From assembly GCA_040954595.2 (NCBI GenBank), contig CM082593.2:11669477-11733476 (forward strand): a stretch of 64,000 nucleotides of DNA. The letters run 5' to 3'. The number at the start of each line of letters is the position of its first letter. The first letter of the stretch is position 1. The notes under the pieces were generated by a model. It saw only the letters and a program-made list of their open reading frames with translations. It did not search any database and was not told the origin of the DNA. Below are positions 1 through 10,964 of this stretch, in pieces. Made by a program: the position numbers and the translations under genes. The stretch is from Balanoglossus misakiensis. Taxonomy: Eukaryota > Animalia > Hemichordata.

Positions 1-1555
1 AAATGACATTTTCAAGCAAAATTTGATAACATGCAATTTTGTCTGCAGTGAGCCAAATTAGACTGTCTTTTGTGGAAATTGTATCGATATATACATACGA
101 ATGGCATTCTATACTCCATCAGATTACCGAAAATGTAGGAAACAGTTATTTTTCGTAATTTTGAAAAATTTACCATTTTGACCAAATTGTGGCTAAAATT
201 TTTATTTTCGTGTTGAATGCCGCCAGTGTCACTGCTTTTAAAAGTCATAAAAACTTTTAACATACAAGCAATTGTTTATATATGATCAGGTCACCGAATT
301 AAAAAATAAAGAATGTTTTGCCTAAAAATGACCTTTTTGGTGCAATAACGAATAAAACGCAATTTTGTATTTAATCAGCTCATTCACAGTGCATATTTTA
401 TTATCAGCACCATTTTTACATATAATGGAAATTTCATACATCATCAGATATCCAAATATGAAAAAATGATTTAGATTTTAGATGATTATCCAAAATTAGC
501 TGATATCTAATAAATGTAGTATTGAACCGTTCTGTTCCCCCCCCCCCCCTACATTATATGCGGTACGCCGATGTCAGCTTACCCGGCAGTACTGCAGGCC
601 GTGCCCCCAACTAACGTCGGTGTTTGAAACGCCCTGGTTAAATTCGGGCTTTCTCTATAAATTGACAGGCAATAATGCAGTCCTACCCGAACAAATGTCA
701 AGTGTTGAACCGCTGTGACTTTCCCTCTTCGGTTTGCCCGATTAGCCAACGTCTTTGTACTAGAGTGTCGGGTCTTTTGCAGAGCCAGGAAGAAGGAAAT
801 CCGACTTGATCACCGTTGCTAACGAACGCTAGTGTCTGTCATGGTGTGCCGGGGTTTTAGTCGAGCCAGGCCGTAGGAGATCTGACTTGATCATCGTGGT
901 CAATGTACGCGTGTTTCCGCTCTAAAGTGCCGGGGCTTCAGCTAAACCAGGCCGTAGGAAATCCGACGTAATCACCGTTGATAACTTACGCCAGTCTGTG
1001 TCATATAGTGCCGGTGCACCAGCCGAGTCACGCCGTAGGAAATCTGACTTGATCAACGTGGTCAATGAACGCCTGTTTCTGCTCTAGAGTGCAGGGGCTT
1101 CAGCTGAGCCAGGCCGTAGGAAACCCGACGTGATTACCATTGTTAACTTACGCCAGTCTGTGTCCTATATATAGTGCCGGGGCATCAGCCGTGCCAGGCC
1201 GAAGGAAATGTGAGTAGATCAACGTGGTCTCTGTACGCGTGTTTCTGCTCTAGAGTGCCAGGGCTTTAGCCAAGCCATGCCGTAGGAAATCTGACTTGAT
1301 CAACGTTGCTAACGAACGCTAGTGTCTGTCATAGTGTGCCGGGGTTTCAGTCGAGCCAAGCCGTAGGAGATCAGACTTGATCAACGTGGTCTCTGTACGC
1401 GTGTTTCTGCTCTAGAGTGCCGGGGCTTTATCCAAGCCATGCCGTAGAAAATCTGACTTGATCACCGTTGCTAACGTACGCTAGTGTCTGTCATATTGTG
1501 ACGGAGATTTAGCCAAGCCAGGCCCTAGAAAAATCGACTTGTTCAACGTTACCAG

Positions 1556-1942
1556 TGTAGTAACCTCGATGTGCCGTCTCAAATGGTGCCCTAATTCACA
1601 TCAAAGGCCACAGGGTTCTATAGTATTTGCCGTTAACTAACTGGAGCTCACCATCGCCGACGAACATTCCTTGTCAGATGTCACAGAAAACGCTGCTCGG
1701 AACTTTACACGAACATTTAATGACTGAACACACAACACTGGCACTGGATGATGCGTCGCGGTGGTTGAAGTTTCCGTAGAAAACTGGCAAAAATCCCCAG
1801 GCTAACTGTGCAAAAGTCCTCACATGTGCGCCATGGAATTTTCCAGATATTTTCTAAACAAAAGCGCATGCGCTAATGTACTCACAGCGCGAGGGCGCTA
1901 GACTAAATATTTCAGTTTCTCTAAGAACTGGGCGTCCTTACA
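1556..1942 (-). repeat. 3' LTR of BEL-1 (387 bp)
   Basis: TG...CA termini; differs from 10579-10964 at only about 3 positions; adjacent to a purine-rich tract on the element strand. Confidence 0.95.
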
Positions 1943-1951
1943 CCAGCCCCC
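1943..1951 (-). promoter_or_regulatory. Polypurine tract of BEL-1 (GGGGGCTGG)
   Basis: Plus-strand CCAGCCCCC directly abuts the 3' LTR, the expected PPT position for a minus-strand element. Confidence 0.75.
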
Positions 1952-2310
1952 AAATTGTTCATCAAAAAACATTAACAATTTCCATCCTAGCAAATTCAAA
2001 ACGCCAACATCCATATGTGCCGAAATTACATATCAAATAGAAATTACAAAACAATATCTATAAATATCTCGAAACGCGAAGTCGAAAGTTTTTCAGGAAA
2101 CGCGAATACAAGAATCCTTTTCTTCATGAATGTGATGATACATCCTAGACCATGCCCAGACCTCGTCCGGTCAATCATGCTGCCAAGCATGATATCCAAC
2201 ACATCTGTACTTCAAAGATGAGATCAAACGCTGGACGTAGTGGATAGACTGGCCACTACTTGAGATCGTTGTTATTACAGCTGCTGGTAACTGCAACCAT
2301 ACCAATACCA

Positions 2311-5300
2311 CTAAGTCTGTGCTTCCAACAATGTGCACAACTTATCATATGGTCTTTCTAAAACACTGGATCTGGTCTTCACCAATACTCGTCTCACCAC
2401 CCCTTTCCGATCAGGCATAACTTTGACGATTACACCCAAAGGCCACGCATTTCTGGAGGTGTTCTCCTCCTTTTCCAATACAAATCTGACAGATACTGCA
2501 CTTGCTTCCATCTGTGTACAGCATACAAGTCGTTCTTCTCCGTCACACCAGGGGGTGTTGCTACTCCCTTCATAGTAAGCAACATACTGGGTGTCAATGC
2601 TTTTGAGTCTCTAGCGTCGTCCGACGATACTGTAATCTCATGCGGTCCATCTGTACGACGACTTTTGTTCTTGGCACATCTCAACAATGTGTCACCCACT
2701 TTACGTATCCAGGCCACTGCTTTCTTCAGTTTATACCAACTGGAGTAGTGGTCTATCATTTTCTGAACCGTCTCCTCCGCATTAACGGACATGGATCGAT
2801 CCGCCCCTTTGTCAGGCGTCTGTCGTTCTCCCGAAACAACAGGTACTGTTCCCAACACACGGGTACAGTTTCTTCTTCCGACCTCAAGGCTATTCTATGC
2901 ACTAGTGCAGATTTCTTCACCTCTGGATCTTCTGGATCTAGCTGTGTATTGTAGCTATCACTTGGCCATTTGTCTTGTGTCTTCCGCAAGAAATCAGGAC
3001 CACCTATCCATCTTTCGTTCTTCAGAAAAGCATCTATTTTCTGACCTCTAGAGCACTCATCTGCCGGGTTGTCACTGGTATTAATGTAGCGCCAGTTCGC
3101 TGGGTCTGATCCTCCTCGAATCACTGCTAGTCTATTCGCCACGAAGGCATGAAATCTTGTGGTTTCGTTGTTTATGTACCGCAGCACGGTTTTGCTATCC
3201 GTTCAAAACACGGATTCATTGATTGGCAAATCCATCTCCTTTCTGAGAAGTTTGTCAAGCCTCACTGCTACAGTAGCTGCAGTTAATTCCATTCGTGGGA
3301 TCGATATTTGCTTCAATGGAGCCACTCTTGCTTTGGCCATCATCAAAGTGCTGTGGATGTTTCCGCTTTTGTCGATCAACCTAAGATATGATACAGTGCC
3401 ATATCCATTTTCGCTGGCATCAGCAATGTGATGTAGCTGAGCTGTGTCTACTTCACCAAAGTGCTCGGGCTTTATACATCTGGGTACTGGGAAACACTCT
3501 TCTAATTTCGGTAGATCCCTCAACCAATTCTCCCACACTTTGCGTTGTTTTCCAGGAATATCATCATCCCAGCCTAGTTTTGCTTTACACAGCTGCTGCA
3601 AAAGCATCTTGGGTGGCAGAAGCGCTGGTGCTGCCATGCCCAGTGGGTCGTATAATGAACTAACCACTCCCAGAATTCCTCGTCTGGTCGCTGGTTTCTC
3701 TTTAGTACGATTTCTGAATCCGAATTCGTCAGATTCCACGTTCCATTGCATACCGAGTGCATGCTCCATTGGCAAGTCATCTCGCTCCAAGTCTAAGTTC
3801 TTCACCTCTATCGCCCTTCGTTCTTCAGGTATTGCTTCCAAAACTGGACGCGTATTGCTGATCCACTTTGTGAGCTTGAACCCTGATTTCTTACAGGTGT
3901 CTGTCAGCCCTTCAGCCAAAGACTTTCCTTCCATCACTGTTGATGCTGCCTTCAACATGTCATCAACGTAGAAGTTTCTAGATATGGTGTTCTTGACACT
4001 CAGATCAGAAGTATTGTCTTAAGCTTTCTTCAACGCGAAGTTTGCACAACTGGGTGACGATGTAGCCCCGAAGATGTGCACTGTCATTCGGTACTCGACA
4101 GGAGGTTCCTCTACATTACCATTAGGCCACCACAGAAAACGCTGGAAATCTCGGTTTTCTTGCGACACGCCAACTTGAGAGAACATAGCCTCTATATCTG
4201 ACATCAGTGCTATCCGCTCTTCACGAAAACGTATAAGCACTCCTACAAGTGAACTGGTCAGATCCGGTCCTTGCATTAATTCCTTGTTCAAAGAAGTTCC
4301 CTTGTATTCTGCACCACAGTCGAAGACTACCCGGATTTTCTGTTTCTGTGGATGGTATACTCCATGATGGGGAAGATACCATTTCTTTCCAGGATTGCCT
4401 TCCAATTCTTCCTGTGGCACCCTTTCAGCATAGCCTTTGTCTATAATACTTTCCATGAAGGTAGTATATTCTTGACGATAGTCATCGTTGTTTCTAAATT
4501 TCTTTCCCAACTGAGAAAGCCGATATTCTACTGCCACTTTGTTGTTTGGCATCGTAACACCGTCATCACGAAACGGTAATGGCACCTGGTAATGACCATC
4601 AACAAACTGCGTTTGTTCGTACGCAATCCTCATGAACTTTCTATCTTCAACCGAAACTTCGGGTTTGTCATTTATGATGCGCTCGCTGAACTCGTGATTG
4701 AAGAGGTTGATTAACTGCTGATCAATCGCCGGTCCAACTTGTATTCCACAGACTGTTGCGGCAGTTTCATTTTCTGACACGCCAGCCCCCGTAAGGAAAC
4801 CATTTACGAACCAGCCTAAACGGGTACGTACGGCAAATGGTCCATCTCCATTACTGTTTATCACTTCCCATGGTTCAAACGCTTCAGGAACGTTACCACC
4901 GATGAGTAGGCCTATTTCCGCATCTATCTCAGGCAGGCGTACCTTACGCAAATAAGGATACTTGCCAATGTCATCTTGTGTAACGATGAGATCTTTCGAA
5001 GCAGGAATTTTCTCTTGCGTATATGTAGCTGGAAGTTTGATGATGTAATGCTCATCAAGATCTGAAACTTCTAGACCCTTGATAACACGACTATCAGCTG
5101 ATTTACTTCCAGTGATAGTGTTCAGCATAATCTTTGTTTTCTTACCACCGACGTTCAGTTGTCGACGAAGTGTTTCCGTACAGAATACTGTGTCACTGCC
5201 GTTGTCAATAAAGGCGTACGTTTGTACACTAAGACCACTCGATCTACATTTGACCTTGACGGTAATAATCACGGGTTTATATGCACACTCTCCATTCCCC

Positions 5301-6776
5301 GCAGATCTACATGATGCGTCAATCATCCCCACATTCGTTAACACGGGTTTTCCAGACTGGTCTTTGGTTTTGTTGAAGTGCAACACGGTCAGATGCAGCT
5401 TGCCACATTTTTCACAAGTCAGCTTGCTTGTACAGTCTTTCACCATATGTTTTCCATCTTTCAGGCAACCAAAACATAACCCTTTTGTTTTTATGAGCCG
5501 TTTCTTGTCATCGTAAGCCTTGGAGGCAAACACTTGACAGTCTTGAAATTCATGTGTACTGTCTGCACAACACAAACACGGAGTAACAGTCTCTGTGCTG
5601 ACTGTGTAGGCGTTGCGTCTTTGTGTACCACTAGTTGCTTTCTTGATGTTCTTTGCTCCCTTGTCCTTGGATGGAATGCCGGCGAGGTTACCAAACACCT
5701 CTTGGGACATTATCTTGGCTTCCCTGTTGACAAATTCCACAAGATCTTTGAACTGCACTGATCGTTGTTGTACGATACTGTATGTTCTGCTGCGCCACCG
5801 GTCTCTCAACTTGAAAGGCAGTTTGTAAACCAACATTTGCAAGTTTTTGTAGTGGTTGAGCTCTCTCAGATGTGATTCACCTTTCATAGCATTTTCACAC
5901 TTGGTCAAGAAAAGAGCGAAATCTTTCAAAGCGGTCTTATCCTCGGATTTCTGCTTGCTTGGTGTAGGCTCTGGCCGTCACGTATGGATTGCCGAACTCA
6001 GTTTCAAGCAATTTTCTGGCTCTTTCGTATCCTTCATTCGCTTCCATGTGAATGCAACTGCTCACTATTTCTCTCGGTTCACCACGTGTATACTCCTCCA
6101 AGTAATACAAACGATCATCAGGATCTTCAGTGTTAGATTCTATGCCATGCCGAAAGGCACGTATAAATGATTTATACTGCAATGGGTCCCCATCGAACAC
6201 GGGTATCGATTGCGGTGGTAAAGCGGCACGCTTGTTATGCTCAAACAACAGTTTAGTAACTGTGGCTAGGTTATGATCACTACAGGAACTGTGGCTGCTA
6301 TTGCTACCTGTACACGAACCAAGGTCAGGACTGAATTTCGTCTGCTTGTTTACATCGGGTTTTCTTTTTTCTGGACTGCATACAATGCTGTCGACAGGAC
6401 TATCAGACTTAGTAACGTTGGGACTATCACATGTGTGGAAACTACCCAAGTTGCTAGCACTTGAACTCTTCATCTTGATGTTGCCCCGAAATGCAGCGGG
6501 TGTCTTAAAGAGATCTTGTAGGTTGTATTCTTGTAAACTACTTTCATCTTCACCATTTTCAAAATGACGATACACTTCGATTATTGCATTCTGTTCAGCA
6601 ATTTCTGTTTTGATTTCCAACAATTGTTTTTGTTTGTTTATTTTGGATTGTTCTTCGTTTATTTTGAATTCCAATTCGTCTAATTTCTGTTTTTCCTCCA
6701 AACCTGCCATACGAGTCATCAGTTCTGCCCGTTTCACTGCGGCTGCGATTATAGATGCCTTGCTATTAATACTACT
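2311..6776 (-). pseudogene. BEL-1 gag-pol remainder: gag, zinc knuckles, aspartic protease, RT, RNase H and integrase C-terminal tail; integrase core deleted
   Basis: gag motif IPVFDGDPLQY; knuckles CLCCADSTHEFQDC, CFGCLKDGKHMVKDC, CEKCGKLHLTVLH; protease YAFIDNGSD; RT YLPHHGVY...[20 protein letters not shown] and NFYVDD (~3960); RNase H LHHIADASENGYG and IPRMELTAA; tail WPLGVIVKV. Split by stops and frameshifts at ~5935, 4019, 3203, ~2860 and ~2450. Confidence 0.93.
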
Positions 6777-9765
6777 CAGTCTGATTTCAGGGTACCTAAT
6801 TTACATGCATTTGCATAAAATCATTTCAAATGAACAGCGCCCCCGTGCTTAAGTATGTGTCCGTTAGGATTTTTTTCCGAGGTACCGATAATCTCACTTT
6901 TCCAGCTTAATACTGCGTTAGAAGAATTATTCTCATCCCGAAACTGACGTATACCCGGTAAGTTGCTGTTTCTATCATATTTCACGCCATTGTTAGTCCA
7001 AAGAATTAGGTTATACGCGTTTCGAGTGGTGTGCCCGTACGGACTTTCACGATTTTTCCGTGATTTTCAACACTGCCCCGCGTCTAAGTGCCGGTTTTTA
7101 AAAATCGAAAATTGACATAAATCGTTGAGTTGATTATTGTTTTATCGAAATGTGCGTATTTTTAGTCTGCTCAAGGTCCGGAAAAATTGCGAACGCCTGT
7201 TTACTGAATGTGTGTATGTACCGTGTTCTAACATCGCGGCGGAAGGAATCCATACCCGGAAGTAGCGAATGCGCGACTGTGGCAAGCTATTTTAGATCAT
7301 TATGTCCCGGTCCAATTTCGTAATTTTCTTGCTGAGAGCTCTGATTGGACATGATTTTTGGCGCAATGATGGGACAGTAGGTGTCCAGACGTCATCGTAG
7401 ACCTTAAAGGGACAAAGTCTCTCTCTAGCTGCCTTTTTTCCATTAATTATATTTGATACAAGACACCGTTTGTTATTCTACATGTGGATATATAGTGAAT
7501 CAACGTTCAACCACACACAACTTCCATCCATCTTATAGACAGGAGAGTGAAAAAACTCGCCAAAATGAATAATCGTTCTTTACGATTTATTCATTTTGGG
7601 CGAGTTTTTACTCTCATATCTTACAAGTGGGATGGAAGTTGTGTGTGGTCGAATGTAGATTTACTATATATCCACATGTACATTAACATAAACAGTGTCT
7701 TGTATCAAACATAATTAGTGGAAAAAGGGCAGCGAGAGAGAGACTTTGTCCCTTTAAGTAAGCGCGCCGGAGGGAAAGTTTCCCGGGCAGCATCATTCCT
7801 TGCTTGGCGTGCACTGTTGCAGCAGTGTCGTGTGTGTGTGGAAGCCGGAGCAAGTGTTTCTCAAATCTCTTGTTGAGAACTTCACCAATAATTATCGTAC
7901 GCCTTATAGTTTGTTTCTTTGTCTTTCAGGAGACAACGAAGAAAGAAGTGCGTCTGTGCTGATCGATCGGTGTTTTACTTTTAGTGAGTCTGCGTGTAGT
8001 GTGGTTGGTGGCCAGTTCCCACACTTTTTTGCATTCAGGAGTTTCCTTTATTAATCTTGCTTTCCTCAGTTGTTACCTTTTATATATTATATTGTATTTA
8101 TTTGACAATAAAAATTAAAAAGGTAAATTTCATTAACTGTTATTGTTTGAGTATTACTGAACAGGCATTTTCCAGTCTGTGTAGGAGTAGTCTGTGTGGT
8201 TTTAGCTTGACTGACAATTGTCTAGTCTGCACTGTGCAGAGTTTTTGTGAACTGATATTTAGTCTAGTCTTTGCAGGGTGTGTGTGTGTGTGTGAACTGG
8301 CATTTGTCTGGGCTGTCTGTGCAGAGTGACAGTGAAAGGCTTTTGTCCAGTCTGGGCATAGTAACTGATTGGGCATTTATCAGTCTGTCTATGCAAGTCA
8401 TATTTTTCTATAGTCATTTTCAGTCTTTTAACTGCAACATACTTTGTCTTTGTGAAGCTTTTCATAATGGTGAGAAAGGGGTCGTTTGTGTTTTCCTCCA
8501 AGAGTAGAGATAGTTTGCTGGTTTTAAATAGACTGCTGAGGTCTATGGCAAATGCCACAGATGGAAGGAATAACATTCTAAACTCCATAAAGACCACTAT
8601 ACATAACAAACTGTGAAAACACTAGAAGTGGTAAAAACACCAGTAGAAGTTATATTGACAGAGTAAGTGAAGATGATTCAATTCTAGAAATGATTATGAA
8701 TGAAGAAATGGTGGATACTTTTGAAACGTTTGACATACTAGAGATAGAAGAGGTAGAACAGGAATACCAATTACCTGAGGAAGATTTACAAGAGAGTACA
8801 ACAAATGCATATGAAAAATGATACAAATAATTACAGTGATTATTCAGATATGGAGTTAGAAAACTAAATGTAGAATTATAAGGCTGGCAATAATTTTATT
8901 GATTGAAAAAATATACATAAAATTCTTAAATTAGAAATAATCAAAAAGAAAAAAAAATGTTTTTAAAAATTGCCAAATTACCAATCAATGTCAGAAAAAG
9001 GAGAGTTGGACCAGTGTAGTCTGTTGTAGTACACCATGATTTCATTGTCAGATACACCTCACAGTCACCACTATGCATACTATGTACATACTGTCTATGC
9101 AGACCGCCACTTATCCGGGTTAATCTCTAAAACACATGAATATCCATTGTCAAAACCTAGGCTGTTATCGAGCATTGATTGTCTCATAACTCATCTGCAA
9201 TGTTATGTTCAGTGTAAAGTCCCGGCAGACTGCCGGGGACTGTGATTTGATCTGCCGAGTTTCCGTGTTACGCAATCGAAACACCCTTACGGAGGTCCTA
9301 TACATATAGTATGTTGCTTGAGAGGTCACATTCAACACTGCCCCGCGTCAAAGTGCTTCACCGTAGGCAAACCAAACTTGGCACAGTTATAGCTAATACA
9401 TAGACCATGTGAAAAACCGTATTTACGCTTCTGCTCAAGACCCTCTAATTTTTGTATCGCTTCTCAAAAATTAGCATTCACATTCATAACATCGTACGAT
9501 CGAGTCACTGCCACATCGCCAGTATGCAGGGTTTCAAAATAATTTATTACAGCTGAAACGAGCGTCATAAAACGTAAGACAACATCCTTTTAGACAATAA
9601 TTGGTGGAAAACGAACCTTGTCATCCAAAATTAAAGCGTGTACACCTCTTTTCATGCCAGCATGCAGGTTTCAAGTTTTCGGTAGGCCGCCATATTGGAT
9701 AGAAGTGAAAACGAGGCTCTCTGTTGTAAGATTTTGGCGAATTTCAATAGGCTGAGATCAGACTG
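6777..9765. mobile_element. Non-autonomous TIR DNA transposon (2989 bp) inserted in BEL-1 gag; 4-bp TSD; superfamily uncertain (Academ-like by termini and TSD length)
   Basis: TIR CAGTCTGATTTCAG / CTGAGATCAGACTG (13/14 match). TSD TACT at 6773-6776 and 9766-9769. Removing the element and one TSD rejoins gag in frame (...SSRGSSINSKASIIAAAVKRAELM...). No intact transposase ORF. Confidence 0.88.
7408..7753. mobile_element. Fold-back MITE with TTAA TSD (Kolobok-like), nested in the 6777-9765 element
   Basis: TTAA|AGGGACAAAGTCTCTCTCT ... AGAGAGAGACTTTGTCCCT|TTAA; the two halves are imperfect reverse complements over nearly the whole length. Confidence 0.9.
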
Positions 9766-10327
9766 TACTACCACGTGAGGACACGTGTGATGACACTCTG
9801 CTTGATCTTGCTGATTTAAATCTAGGTGTCTTACTACCAATATGGGACACGCTATCTTCTGGCCCCACGGTGTCTGCCAACATGGAATCATGCAGCCCAT
9901 GGCGAAATAGCCAGGTGTCAACTACATGCTGAAATTCATCAAACCCAGTCATACGTGGTAATGACCAACTGGTATACATATGTTGTTTTTCTTTTTCATC
10001 CAATGACTCATGGTATTTGACATCAGCCTCTTTGAAGTTTTCAAAGGCAACTTCACATTCTTTCATTTTAGTTTTCACCAAAATACCATTGACTTTATCT
10101 TCCATCAGAGATGTTATCTGATTCATCAATGTTGTTACTCTACCATAGATGTGTGATCTGGTAGTTTTCAATCTTTCTCTTTCAGCTTCTTTGTGCTTGT
10201 CTGTTTTTATGGAGACACGCTTGGTGTTTTCTGGATTACCAGTAAACAAATCATTTTTCTCTGTTTCCACCATGACCTTTGTATCATCATTGGTGGCCAT
10301 TTTGCTTCTTATTCTGTATAAATTCAC
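9766..10327 (-). pseudogene. BEL-1 gag N-terminal segment
   Basis: ORF MATNDDTK...VGPEDSVSHIGSK...SSRGS starts just inside the 5' LTR/UTR and continues in frame into the segment ending at 6776 once the DNA transposon is removed. Confidence 0.88.
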
Positions 10328-10567
10328 TGTGCTGAATGATACCCAATGCGCCCTGTACGTACGATATGCGCGGTCGAGTACTAGTATGACACAATGACCT
10401 TGAAGCTTCTGACATGCGCAGTGGCGTCTTGACCACGAACGCCAGTTTTCCTCAGCTGAGCCGAGTCCAATGTACTGCTAGACAGGAAAATACTGATAAT
10501 AAATCGCTGTCCTACCAGATTCTTTCTACCAATCTTCCGAAGGTGACAGTTTCTGCCCGGTCGATCA

Positions 10568-10578
10568 CAGTTTTCTAC
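10568..10578 (-). promoter_or_regulatory. Primer-binding position of BEL-1: non-tRNA-type GTAGAAAACTG, complementary to an 11-mer inside the LTR
   Basis: Immediately follows the 5' LTR on the element strand; lacks TGG; perfect reverse complement of LTR positions 10799-10809 (also 1776-1786). Confidence 0.7.
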
Positions 10579-10964
10579 TGTAGTAACCTCGATGTGCCGT
10601 CTCAAATGGCGCCCTAATTCACATCAAAGGCCACAGGGTTCTATAGTATTTGCCGTTAACTAACTGGAGCTCACCATCGCCGACGAACATTCCTTGTCAG
10701 ATGTCACAGAAAACGCTGCTCGGAACTTTACACGAACATTTAATGACTGAACATACAACACTGGCACTGGATGATGCGTCGCGGTGGTTGAAGTTTCCGT
10801 AGAAAACTGCCAAAATCCCCAGGCTAACTGTGCAAAAGTCCTCACATGTGCGCCATGGAATTTTCCAGATATTTTCTAAACAAAAGCGCATGCGCTAATG
10901 TACTCACAGCGCGAGGGCGCTAGACTAAATATTTCAGTTTCTCTAAGAACTGGGCGTCCTTACA
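10579..10964 (-). repeat. 5' LTR of BEL-1 (386 bp)
   Basis: Near-identical to 1556-1942; element-strand ATTAAA polyA-like signal at 10739-10744; TSD ACCAG outside. Confidence 0.95.

Larger units (their letters stand above)
1556..10964 (-). mobile_element. BEL/Pao LTR retrotransposon (BEL-1), both LTRs present, defective
   Basis: Direct repeats TGTAG...TTACA at 1556-1942 and 10579-10964. 5-bp TSD ACCAG at 1551-1555 and 10965-10969. Minus-strand gag-PR-RT-RH order with three Cys/His knuckles and Pao-type RT motifs. Confidence 0.97.

Noticed and set aside
2333-6852. Plus-strand ORFs overlapping BEL-1 (and minus-strand ORFs over BEL-2)
   Set aside because: Antisense shadows of the gag-pol frame with no independent motifs.
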